The translations under genes were made by a program, and so were the position numbers. Below are positions 37,381-49,015 of a stretch of DNA of 64,000 nt, one piece after another. Position 1 is the stretch's first letter; each line of letters begins with the position of its first letter. Under the pieces are notes generated by a model. That model saw nothing but the letters and a program-made list of their open reading frames with translations. It was not told the DNA's origin and searched no databases. Source of the DNA: Octopus bimaculoides (Eukaryota); assembly GCF_001194135.2 (NCBI RefSeq), contig NC_068991.1:73252057-73316056 (forward strand), given 5' to 3'.

Positions 37381-38783
37381 TGTGTGTGTGTGTGTGTGTG
37401 TAAACATATAAAGGGTAAAATATATTAAAAATGATAACTTATGCCAGTGGACGGCATGCATAAAAATTGTCCGTACACTGTAAAATATGTTTGTACATAA
37501 GTGTGTATAACCATAGTTAATTATACACTAAGAGGAAAATCACTAAATGGTTCCCTTGCCAGCTGAGTAGGGTTCCAAAAACTCATAGATGTACATAAGC
37601 CAACGCCCCAACAATGAATAGGCCGTCAGGGGAAACTTGACGTCGACCGTATCAAAATTTAATCTGATAATAAATTTCCATCTACTTTCAGTATTGGGTC
37701 CACCTTCCAACAATGAACTACTGCTTTTTAAAAAACATTCCTTTAAATAGCAGCACCAATTTTCAATTAAAACGCACACTCAATTGCGTGTATGCTCGTG
37801 AGCGTTTCTGTTTGAGTGTGTGGTTTTATCTCTATACATGTATAAGGGTGTTAGAAACTGCGAGAGAGAAATAGGGAAAAGCGAGTGAGATAGGGAAAAA
37901 TCGTTTAGAAATGAAGGCCAGAAACACCGATGGGATAGGGTTGAGGTGAGAGATTCCCAGGTGCGAAATGCGTTTATAGCAGAAGATAGAAGAATCTGCG
38001 AAATATAATTGGCCAGAATAGAATTCAAAATAGTACCAAAACTAAAAATATGACATCTTAATTAAATTTTATATTTCTTTTATTTTACATTAATCAATAC
38101 ATATTTGCAAGATAAAACTATACGAAAACGTATAGAAATGTAAAAATTCGAATGTCGAGGTGTGATCAATTTGTTTTGCTTTGACCTAACTATAAAAAAT
38201 TTGGCAGGTAATCATGTATTGATCTGATGAACGAAGGTTTATTTTTTCTTCTTAATTTTCTGTAATTGTTATGGAGGCCACGCGCACACGCAAATACGTT
38301 ACTCAACTCACTGCAGTCTAATGCTACAACTTCATTTTTAATATTTCTTAAGTCCCAAAGGAAACTCAGTACAAATGTATGGCGTTTTACGTGAATAGGA
38401 GTAAATATGCCTATTGTCAATAGATGTTCTCCTTTTGCCCTAGAGATCTTGCGTATGGGCAGTGTCACGGTTGAGTGTTTTAGAAGTTTGGTTTATAAAC
38501 ATGTGTTTTTAAGTCGGAACCGGCTGTGAGCATCTTGTATCAAAGTTCCGATACGACCCATGGCATGTCTTCAAGTGATTTTTTGTATAGAAAACTGCAA
38601 TATGGGTATACATTTATGCAACATGGGTGCGTACGTGAAATGTTTGTGTATGTATGTGTGTGTGTTTGAAAGTCTGTGTGTGAGAGCGTATTAATGTGTT
38701 TCTATGTTTATGTATGCGTGAATCTATATACGCATAAATATGAATATTTGTGTGAATTAGTAGAATCGATACGTTGAAAGGAA

Positions 38784-38970
38784 ATTCTTTTCTATTCTAG
38801 GTACAAGGCCCGACATTTTTGGGGAGGAGGCCAGTCAATTAGATCAACCCCAGTACGCAGCTGGTACTTTATTTATCGACCCCGAAAGGATGAAAGGCAA
38901 AGTCGACCTCAGCGGAATTTGAACTCACAACGTAAAGACACACGAAATACCGCCCGCGTGCTAACGTTTC
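38784..38970 (-). mobile_element. SINE-A, 5'-truncated (first unit of a tandem pair)
   Basis: Standard tail and body, ending at ctaacgtttc with the 5'-most ~15 nt and part of the head missing. Confidence 0.9.
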
Positions 38971-39204
38971 TTATTTCTTTATTGCTCACAAGGGGCTAAA
39001 CATAGAGGGGACAAACAAGGATAGACAAAGGGATTAAGTTGATTACATCGACCCCAGTGCGTAACTGGTACTTAATCTATCGACCCCGAAAGGATAAAAG
39101 GCAAAGCCGACCTTGGCGGAATTTGAACGCAGAACGTAACGGCAGACGAAATACGGTCAAGCATTTCGCCCGGCGCGCTAACGTTTCTGTCAGCTCGTCG
39201 CCTT
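38971..39204 (-). mobile_element. SINE-A with an alternative 3' tail (second unit)
   Basis: Full head and body. The tail is a different sequence (+ strand: atttctttattgctcacaaggggctaaacatagaggggacaaacaaggatagacaaaggg). Confidence 0.9.
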
Positions 39205-42200
39205 ACATTGGAAGGAAATTAACAACAATACCACAGTAAGTGTGTTCATTCTATTATTTTAAGGTGGACGGTTTCAATCTGAGGGCATTTTCACTATTTT
39301 CAGTACGTCACAGCGACAACAAAAATACTTGTCTTCTGGCTCGTCGTTGTCCAGTTAGAAATAAAATGAAGACTCACATTTCACACAAATATGTGTACCG
39401 TATTTAACGTATAATTTCCTTCTTTTCGAAACATGGCTGCGACAAAGAAACTTTTCAATATGTATCATATCTTGAATTATGTTGATTTTATTATACAATC
39501 TCTTTTCTTGGCAAGAAGCGATAATTTCTTGCCAACATCAATCACGCCACTGGTGATTGAACTCGCAGAGTACACTTATCTTTCTCTGAGATACATTACA
39601 TCATACCTTGGGTTTAGCTGCTTATCTTGAGAAAGGTTGGAAAACCACTTTAATATACGAGAATGAATCCACCTTCATCGATTCCAGTCTTTTAAAAACA
39701 ATTTCATGTGATTTGCTTTCTTTCTTATTCAAATCGTTTTCTTTCTGCGTCTGTGCTGGTTTATGTTTTTTTTTTCTCACTTCTCTTGTTTTCTATTTGT
39801 TTTTATATAATTGTTTGTGTGGCTAACTTTGACTGAAGAAATACAATCAGATGGAAACGCTGGTATCCCAAAGTCGACCTACGTCACTAAATCTTGTCTT
39901 TTGTTAACACACATCTTATAAAGGTGTTCACAATGATTAGAATATTCACGTTCAAATCTTCTGGAATGTGTTCAGAATGAATATACTCATCATCGTCTTA
40001 AAGTTTTGTTTCAAGAAAACTTCCTTAGTAATTTTAGAACATTTAATAGTATAGCAAGTCTCTTGAGCAGAGCGCGTGTTAAAACTGAAACTATTGCATG
40101 AAAGAGCTGTTCTAATTTTTTTTACACAGCACAGAAATCTGTGTATTTATTTAATGACGAGTGGGAACTTGTGTCGCATAATCTAAAGTGAATTGAACAT
40201 AGCTATGAGCGTTATTGAATTATTACAATAGCTCCTCTACAATGTTATTGATTCAACAGCATTGGATTCCTTTATAATTACATCAACATGACTAATATTC
40301 TAAGCAAACATCAATTATACTAATAAAACAGTGATTTTCCTCTTTAAGATAGATTGAATATGCAAAGGGTTATGAAGAAGCTCTATTATGCAGTTAAATC
40401 TTTCAATATTAGATTGAGGGAAAATAGCTCTGAAATAAAGAACAAACCTCGAACAAAACAACTAATGAAGCAAAGATTCTTTACGATATCAGAATCATCT
40501 AACAATATTGTTGATATTATTTTTCGGAAATTCAATAAGTATCATTCATATAAGGTATGGGATATCAGCTGTGATCCAGTAGATCTACGATCATACGCAT
40601 TCTGGTTGTGAATATCAGATCGTAAGTAAGTAGGAGTTTGCTGCCATTTGGGAAAGACTTGGCTACCAATTCCAAAATCCCTTTAGTATTTATTTACTAG
40701 GATCACTCCTAGTCAGTAATCCTAATATCAAAGTTATTCGAGCTATCACCAATCTATGGTTTTATATGTATGGGTGGATGTATGTATTTATCTGTAGCTA
40801 CTGCATTGTTCATTGTCTCTTTAAACCAATAATGTGATTTAGGGAACGCTCAGATGTTGTGACTAACATGATAAATAGCTACATAGAGTCAGTTTCCCTC
40901 GTCACTTCGTGAAAACTTTACTAATTATATCAGATGGATTGTTTTTATTAAACGAAAGGATAATACGGAAGTATCTCTGAATATTAAGTTAATTCTTATT
41001 ATTCCTGTTATAGTTCTGAAAGCAACATTAGCGTATCTATTTAGAATGCATTAAATATATATATTGGCTAACAGGCAATTAAAAACATAGATAGCTTTTA
41101 CTGCTAACCATAAGATAGCTCAGACGTATTTGCAATTGTCTTTCTCATAAACATTAAGAGATATCTTTTGTTTAAGATGTAGGATCGTTTATGTTAACAA
41201 TGAATCAAGAATTAGCAATTATGCTTTGTGTTACCAAACTACTAATGCATCGTTCGAATGGTTGGATAAAACAAAATTTTAAAAAATAACAATATCGATA
41301 TTAAACAAAACATCTTACAATAATAGAATTATGATACATCACACGTTATATTCTCGTAAAGGAAACACTCAATTGTTTTTATTCAAAAGCACGTGATCTT
41401 TTGTACATATTTTCGTGTGGAATGGTTTACTATATTTGGTGGGTTTTATGAGAAGATGGAAGGCCGGCAAAATATGCAGAATCGGTTTTCAAATTCAAAA
41501 TGGGACAGATAATAAGCACCTATGCATTTTGTATTAATGTGTAGGCTGACAGGAGCTCTTATATCATTTCCAAATACCAAATACATTGACAGATACGGAT
41601 ATAGTAAGATAAATATAGAAAATATAAACCTTTAAGCGCAAACATAAGCCACTACTCTAGAATCTGGGAAACAGATTATATTTCAAGAAAGAATATCATG
41701 TTTAGAAATACAAATACAATAAGATATAAAATATGCGAAATACGAATAGGTAAAATGCTGAAAATATTGACGTACACATTTTAGAATACACGAAAATATG
41801 TTAGACAAAAACAGAATTACAAGTGATTGCAAGCATTGATGAGTGGTTAAGAAATGTGATTCCCATCTTTGTGCCCATAGAAAAAGTGTGTTTCAACATG
41901 ACCTTGGTCCAGCAAAAGCCAGGTGAGCGAAACTTAATAGAAGGAGATTGTGTGGAAGATCATCGCGGTCCGGTTTCTGGCTTGTTTGTTACTTCATCCG
42001 CCATCCAGTTTAAAACTACCACCTTCTGTTTCACTAACTTTTGTGGAATCATCTACAATGTGTGCATTTAACCCCTAACTTTAATCTGATGATGAATTCC
42101 ATCCTGTCATCTACCAATTTTGGACTCAATGGAAAGTATCGTGGGAGTAGTCTTTTCTCCTCTAAGCCACAGGAATAACAGACACACATACACAGGCTCA

Positions 42201-42254
42201 CAAGAATAAACACAAACACATTCATATAAATTATATATATATATCATATATGTA

Positions 42255-42755
42255 CTTTGTTTATGACGGCCCATCACAGGAGGTGACGGTGTCGATCCAA
42301 GACATTTATCCTCCACCATCTCCACCAGATGTAACAAGAGCGATGCAAGTTACAATGATCTTGCGGCACCGTTAGCACTGAAAGTGAGCCCAAACAACAG
42401 CAGCAGGAGGCGGGCTGTTAGTGACGACGTCTCCTATTTCATGCGTTCAGTTTCAAAGCCCTCTACTGCAGCATCACACATCGATCTCCATGCCTTCCGA
42501 TTAACCGCGGGGGACTCCAACCGATTGGGAAGGGACACTGGATAAGATGTGACACAGCTAGAGAAAATAATAAAAACGAAGCTTTGTTCGGCCATGAGGC
42601 TTACTTCCAGTCTCGATCCCCCTGAAGAGGACCACTTGTGGGAGTCGCCGTTTACCCGTCGTCCGAATCACATGGCCAACCCAACGGAGAAGACTACGAA
42701 AGGTGCAGGCCTCCACGCTTTTGATCCCTAAGGAGGATTTCGGTATGCAATGCAT
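42255..42755 (-). mobile_element. RTE-clade LINE 3' fragment
   Basis: GIKSVEA..LRWVGHVIRTTGKRRLPQVVLFRGIETGSKPHGRTKLRF, then LESPAVNRKAWRSMCDAAVEGFETER and a decayed FQC.RCRK zinc-knuckle-like tail. These are RTE C-terminal motifs. Confidence 0.9.
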
Positions 42756-42763
42756 AAAATTAC

Positions 42764-42900
42764 GGATGTAGTCATGGCTGAGTGATTAACCTTTTATTTC
42801 ACAGCTGCTTGTTTCGTGTTCGGTCCTACTGCACAACTGTCTAGACCAAAACCTTGGAAGGTAAACTGGTAAATAGAAACTGAGCTGAAGCCCCCATTCT
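42764..42900 (+). mobile_element. SINE-B-like, old and internally deleted
   Basis: gtcatggctgagtgattaac...gtgttcggtcctactgc...aaaccttg...ggtaaatagaaactgagctgaagccc. Confidence 0.5.
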
Positions 42901-43164
42901 CTAGGATCAATCTTTCTACTGAGGTTCAAATGTAATACGTCGCTCGGTTTAATACAAACCTCTGGTTGGTCTTTGAGTCCCCTTAGCAGAATCCATTCAC
43001 TCACAAGCACTTAGACATAATCATCGGTCTTTGGTTAACTCATTCCCCGCCGCCTTTCTCCCCTCAGTATCGCAGATTCACAGGAGGGTGACGTGCTCGC
43101 TTTCTTACTGCTTCTAAGAAGTCGAGTGGCCACGTACATGCTTTCGCTGGTTCAAACCGGCGAT

Positions 43165-43670
43165 TTTCTTACAGTTTATTGGTTATATTATTATTGCTGC
43201 GAGTCTTCGTCCAGGTCAGACTTGATTCAACGGGCCAATGATGAAAATGTTTCCAAACACGATTATCCAGTCTTTATGTATTTCAGAGACCACAGCCTCT
43301 TATATGAAACCTGCGATACGCATCACCACATTTCTTTGCGTGTTCTTTAAACGAGTACGTTAGCTTTTACTGAAGAAACACAACTAGGTCGAAACGCTGT
43401 GTCTTAAAATTTCTTTATGTCAATCAAGTGAGTGCATTGTCGATATACATCGCTTGAACGGAGGTGTTCTTTGAAGATGGAATACAACAACAATTAACAT
43501 GCTCACCTTTAAATCTGCCGGAACGCATTACATATTATAGTTTATTGATTATATTAGAGTTGTTACTAGCTTTGTTTAGCTCCGGGTTAGATTTAATCGA
43601 AAAGGCTAGTGATGAAAGCCATTCTGACAATTATCATCCTGTGTTTTTCTCTTTTACAGAGCACATTCTT
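43165..43670 (+). repeat. Two diverged direct copies of a ~130-bp segment (core 43210-43299 and 43581-43670)
   Basis: The core aligns without gaps over 90 nt at 58/90 identity. Looser similarity extends upstream (agtttattg.ttatatta). Confidence 0.7.
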
Positions 43671-44494
43671 TAACGTGTTCTTTTCGTTTTGAAGACGGTA
43701 GGATGTAATTTAGGAACGATTAGCTTCCATTTCTAGCATGTGGATATGCCTCGTAGAAGCTCCTTTGGTTTGAATGTATCGTATTCTTAGCTAGAAACGC
43801 TAGTATTGAATGACATTCTGAAGATGTCGTAATCATTTATTCCACTTCTAATATCAGGCATATATATGTAAGATATCTACTGCCATATTGAAAATTGCGG
43901 TAGTTTGATATTTGCGTAGTTGTTGAGTTTCATTTTGGCAAATTTGCAGTAATTTTGACAGACTTTGCTAAACAAAACCTCAGTTTGTTTGTAGATAGAT
44001 TATAAAAGAGCTACAGTAATTTGCAACGGAATAGTAGTTTCTCACATTTCCCAAAGCATATTAAATAGACTTGGACCAAAACGCTCAACTTTTCCAAAGA
44101 AATAGAAATTGTACGTGTCTTACTGTCATCACAATCTCGATTTTGATAAAACAGTTAATGAAAAAGTTTAAATATATGTACTTCAAGCGTTATTCCTCTC
44201 TCTTTCTTTGTCTCTCTCTCCCCTCTCTCTCTCTTTGTATACATATGTATATATTGACAGTTATATGTTATGTAAAATTTGAAATAAAAAAAAAACGTTA
44301 ACTAGATATTTATATAAGCCTGTTACTTGATCTATCTGTCATTAATTGGATACTGACACATCATACACACTTTTGATATTAAATACACATTTAAAGATAC
44401 ATACACATACAGTTCAATATTTAAGAGATGAGGAATTATGTACATTATTTACATTATTTACATTTGACGGATATTTGTCATCTTGTTTGTTGTT

Positions 44495-44540
44495 AACACA
44501 ACGTTCCGGCTGATATACCCTCCAGCCTTCATCAGGTGTC
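44495..44540 (-). ncRNA. Type I hammerhead motif, left arm (A13G lesion)
   Basis: GACAC-CUGAUGA-A-GGCUG-gaggguauau-CAGCC-GGA-ACGU-U-GUGUU. Confidence 0.7.
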
Positions 44541-44585
44541 TTGGGGGAAATTTTGAATGAGAACCCAGGTTCGAAATTTCCCCAA

Positions 44586-44631
44586 GACACCTGATGAAGG
44601 CTGGAGGGTATATCAGCCGAATCGTTGTATT
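44586..44631 (+). ncRNA. Type I hammerhead motif, right arm (A15.1U lesion)
   Basis: GACAC-CUGAUGA-A-GGCUG-gaggguauau-CAGCC-GAA-UCGU-U-GUAUU. Confidence 0.7.
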
Positions 44632-44966
44632 AACAACAAACAAGATGAGGACAAATATCCGTCAAATGTAAATAATGTAAATAACATACACACACATATA
44701 AAAATATACACACTGTACACCAGAAAGATACGTTCGCATAAAACAAATATCTTGCGAGATAATGTTGGAAGGTCTAACACCTTCAAACCACATCTCAATT
44801 TTAAATAAACAGGTCTATAATGGAATGTGTTGTCTATGATATACAAATACACAAAATGGCTACGGTTGAAATACATTGAAGTATAGGTCGTTTCGATAAT
44901 GGCTGAACAACACCATTAATAATATCTTACCTTTTAAAACTCCCTTCAGTTTGGTATATGTAACTA

Positions 44967-45868
44967 CGAGGTAGTATCAAAAAGTTCCCAGATTAGTTAT
45001 GTTTAATAAAAAAAAAACTTATTTACCTAAGGTTTAACGTTATCACCTTTGAAATAATCACCTTGGAAAGCAATACACCGCTCCCAGCGTTCCTGCCACT
45101 TTTGGAATCAGGTTTGGAAGTGGTTTTCCGAAAGGGAGTCGAGAACCTTTTGCGATTGGCTCTTAATCTCAATAACGCTGTTAAAACGGCGACCTTTGAG
45201 CTGCATTTTTATGTTGGGTAAGAGATATAAGACTGCAGGTGCTCAATCAAGCGAATAGGGCGAGTGCGGAAATGAGAGCATGGTTTTGGCGAGAAATTCA
45301 CGAGTGACGAGAACTCGGTGACATGGTGCATTGTCGTTGTGAAGAATATAATTCTTCGCAGATGTTAGGATGCCTCCACAGGTCCATACGACAGACCAAC
45401 AACATCAGCAATGTCGTCAATTGTCCTCCGACGATAATGAATTTTCTTCACCTTTCTGTGGAGTGACGACCGTGGTAGGACTTCCAGATCGCTCATTTTT
45501 TTCTGGGGATGTTCTTCCGCTTCTGAAGTGCCAGTACCACTCTACACATTACATAAGACCTATTGCCTTGACGCCGCAAGCTTCCTAAAGCATGCTCAAT
45601 CTTAATGTAGCAGACTTCTGAAGTTTAACTCAAAATTTCACTCTAGCTCTTTGTTTCAACACCCTGTCCATGACAAAAGCCGCAAACTACAGCATACACG
45701 TGATCACAAAAACACAAATTTCACAACTTGCGAAGTAAACAACACAGCGATGTCACCCAGCACTCTGCCTCCTGAAGTTCACTGCTAGCTCTCACTGCGC
45801 ATGTAACGGTGTACCGCCATCTGTTGGCACGCAGCAGAACTAGTCTAGAAACGTTTGATACCACCTCG
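44967..45868 (-). mobile_element. Mariner element, internal-deletion derivative with both TIRs and TA target duplication
   Basis: TA|cgaggtagtatcaaaaagttcc ... gaaacgtttgataccacctcg|TA. Minus-strand translation gives EWYWHFRSGRTS..ERSGSP..RRTIDDIADVVGLSYG fused to LHNDNAPCH..PHSPYSLD*AP..KMQLKGRRF..WQERWERCIAFQGDYFKGD. Confidence 0.92.
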
Positions 45869-46809
45869 TATATATTTTCTTCTATATTCTGAGACATTTC
45901 AGCAGCCAGTTTATAATTTTTATTTGTCTGTTTTCCATACATTTGACAAGACACGTTTTTGATATCTTCCTGTACAAATTATCAATTTACAGTAGACTAC
46001 CGATTCCCTATTTGTGTTTTAAACAGAAAAAAAAAACAAAAACGAAATAATCATTCAATATAATATCCATCATTCTTGAGGTTTTTTTCTTGATATTTAT
46101 TTTTTTTCTTCCAATTTAAAACTCAACCGTCTTCAGTCTTACGCTTCTGATGCTCCAAGTTAGATCTTAAATTTTCTTGTCAAAATACATTTTCTATTTC
46201 TGTGATTTCAAACGACTTAAATTACCACCGATACTAAAAACATTGTAATCTTTAAATAAATACTTTCTTTTTTCCATTTGTATTTATTTATACTTCCAGT
46301 ATCATTTCCTTTGTCTAGCAACAGACATAATTATGAAACCTGTTCAATATTTTTTTAGTACCTATTATTTTCAATGATTCCTTGTTTTGTTTACTTTTTA
46401 AATCTTTTATGTAGAAATAGCTTTGTTGTTTGGTTTGTTCACTTTTATGTCTATTTTATTCTCTAAATTCCTCTTGTTTGGTTTTTGCAAATTTTCTTAA
46501 ATTTTTGTAATAGACCTTGGTTTATATTTGAAACCAAAACTAAAAATAAAAATAAAACATGGCCATATTTTATGCTGTGTCTTGCTAAATTTATGTTCTC
46601 AACAGACGTTTCCAATTCAGTGTGTATGCGATGACTATGAAACTGCAGACATATTATGCCGATTTTTTTCATTAATTTAACGTTTTCGAACATAGATCTA
46701 TCTATGTAAAGAAAATAAGCAACCAGTGAAGTAGGAAAAGGGAAAAAATATTATACTTTTTTTACTATTGGCAAGATGTGGGAAAATTCAGGCGGTATGT
46801 ATGTGTGTG

Positions 46810-46977
46810 AGGGTGGTGCTAGTCGGTTACATTGATCACAGGACTTGGTTTTATCTATCCCGAAGGATGAGAGGCAAAGTTATTCTCGTTGGCATTTCAA
46901 CTCAGAACGTAAAGACGGACGAAATTCCACAGGGCTTTTTTATCCGGATTGCTAATAATTCTATCAGCTCACAGTCT
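46810..46977 (-). mobile_element. SINE-A, diverged
   Basis: cgaaggatgagaggcaaagt...tttcaactcagaacgtaaagacggacgaaat. Confidence 0.75.
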
Positions 46978-47022
46978 TGAAAGATAACAATATTATTTTT
47001 TTTCAAATTAGCCAGCAATTTT

Positions 47023-47173
47023 GTGTCGACCGCAGTCTGCGACTGATATTTAATTTACCAGCCCCAAAGGGTGAAAAGCAACGACGATCCCGTTGGAATA
47101 AGAGCCCTGAATGTAAAGACGGACGAAATGCTGTTCTGCATTTTGCCAGGCGATTCTGACAGCTTGCCATCTT
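47023..47173 (-). mobile_element. SINE-A, diverged
   Basis: gtcgaccgcagt..gactgatatttaattt...gtaaagacggacgaaatgc...ttctgacagcttgccatctt. Confidence 0.7.
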
Positions 47174-47269
47174 GAAAAAGAAAAAGTTAATAATAAAAAT
47201 ATCAAGAAACAAAAGTACTTTCGCGAATGTTGCTTCCTGCTGGAAAAAATTGTTTACCGTCTGCCCTAG

Positions 47270-47412
47270 AAATTTGCGTCGAATTGGCGATCATTAGAGC
47301 GTTGTATAAGATGTCTCGGAGTGTTTGTTCCAGTATTCTGCTCTCGGTGTTCAAATCGCACGGAGGTCAACTTGACTTTTTATCCTTTTGGGATAAAAAG
47401 AAGAAAGTACCG
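47270..47412 (+). mobile_element. SINE-A-like, diverged
   Basis: gtgttcaaatcgcacggaggtcaacttgactttttatccttttgggataaa...agtacc aligns to the B-box and central block. Confidence 0.6.
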
Positions 47413-48879
47413 CGCCAGGGGAGGGAAGTGTCCGAATTGATAGATGGTCAAGCAAGATGCCCTGTAGTAAATGTTCCAGCCATTTACATTCTGGTACGCC
47501 TGCTGCAACGACTATATTGATCCTAAGCGGCATGATCCTAAGCGGCAATTTTTCTTTTAGACAGCGTCGGTGGCGTGGCGAGAGCAGACTTGCGCGCATA
47601 AACAAATATCAGTCTTCAAAATGAAACAAAAAAAAAAGAACAGAGAAACAAAAAAAATAATACCCAACTCTCCGCAGACGGATATAGGTATATGATCGAC
47701 CTTGATCGCTGTCTAATCTCTCCGAAAAATGCAAGGCACTAATCACATTCTCGATAAAGACGCTTTAACAGTCTGTCTGGTGAGATAAAGTTTATTGTTA
47801 TTTTGTCGACTGAATTTAACTACTAAAGAAATTTATTAGCGGTTTAGAAAAAGTCTCCTCTATTTAGATTTGCACTTCACATGTGAAGACTAGCAATGAT
47901 TTTTTAAATCTTCTTTTGAAATTAAATCAAAGCAACAATAGTTAACAAACAACTTCTATACAGATGCTTTTATGTACAGAAGAATTGTTTTAGAAATATA
48001 GCCAGAGATGCCATGAAATATAAATAAAATAAGGAATATAAACTATATAAAATATCTTTTAAATGCGTAATAAAGCAAACACTGACATAATTAATGTAAT
48101 GAATCAATAAATAGTAATTAATTAACATTCATCGTTAGAGCTGTAATTTTAATGAACCAAAGTTTCTTGGTACACGACATTAAATATGCTACAGTCAACC
48201 TGTGTATATTAACCTACACATACATGAGCAATGGGGAGGCCGTTAAGCACATTAAGTATTAACTTTAATGTCTATACTCTGTTTATTCATATTTTATATA
48301 TATATATGTATATGCTACATGTGTTCATAATGTTCACATGTGTTAATAATTGTGCAAATAACTGTGTACCTATGAAATTATTCTGTAAAATAGGAAAATG
48401 AAAGTAAACGACGGAGGAAGCTGTGTCGACCGCCGTTTTAGCGATGGCTGAAAAGGAATGTAAGTCAAGGAAACTAATGGAAGTAGCGAACATAGTCGTC
48501 CATATTAGATTGTTTAAACGATTTCGTCATATTTAACACTGTACAGAATTGACTACCGAAATAACTACCGCCGATATCAGGGACAGAATTTCTTGCATTC
48601 CTCGCCTTGTATTTAGATGCTAACATCATACAGTTCAGACGTTCAAAGTCACTTCTAACGCCTTATACCACAACCTCTGATGAACTCCTATATAACATAA
48701 TAAAAATGGCGTCCTAAAACAGTCCATCGTCTTCAGACCAAGTAAATGTCTCGGCTCTGACTTGTTCTAAATAGCAAAGAGAATCCACATGGGAACACTA
48801 CTCTGACATCTAGAAGAATGGCACTACCACACACAAACACCTTAGCGAGCATATTTGACTGCACCCGAACTACAAACCA

Positions 48880-49015
48880 ACATTGTCTCTCTGATAAACT
48901 GTCGCCTCTCTCAGCCTTATTTACCACTAATACCACAACCGCTGCTTCGCGAAGTCACTCGTTCTGTATCATGTGCAGCTGCACCGACTCTGTTCAACAT
49001 AGTGCTGTCCACGTT
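48880..49015 (+). mobile_element. Possible decayed RTE reverse-transcriptase fragment
   Basis: EVTRSVSCAAAPTLFNIVL resembles F.V.TGV.QGC.LAPTLFNI.L. The upstream frame gives DKLSPLSALFTTNTT (~K...I..LY.NTT). Confidence 0.4.

Larger units (their letters stand above)
44424..44684. mobile_element. Palindromic (inverted) pair of hammerhead-bearing PLE terminal repeats (family H1)
   Basis: Arms 44445-44557 and 44570-44684 are reverse complements with about 5 differences and a 12-nt spacer. The left copy extends to about 44424, as judged from the 21-kb homologue. Confidence 0.9.

Noticed and set aside
37543-37779. 78-aa minus-strand ORF with a protein-like composition
   Set aside because: No recognisable motif and no coherent pair of splice sites. 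The length is within chance expectation.
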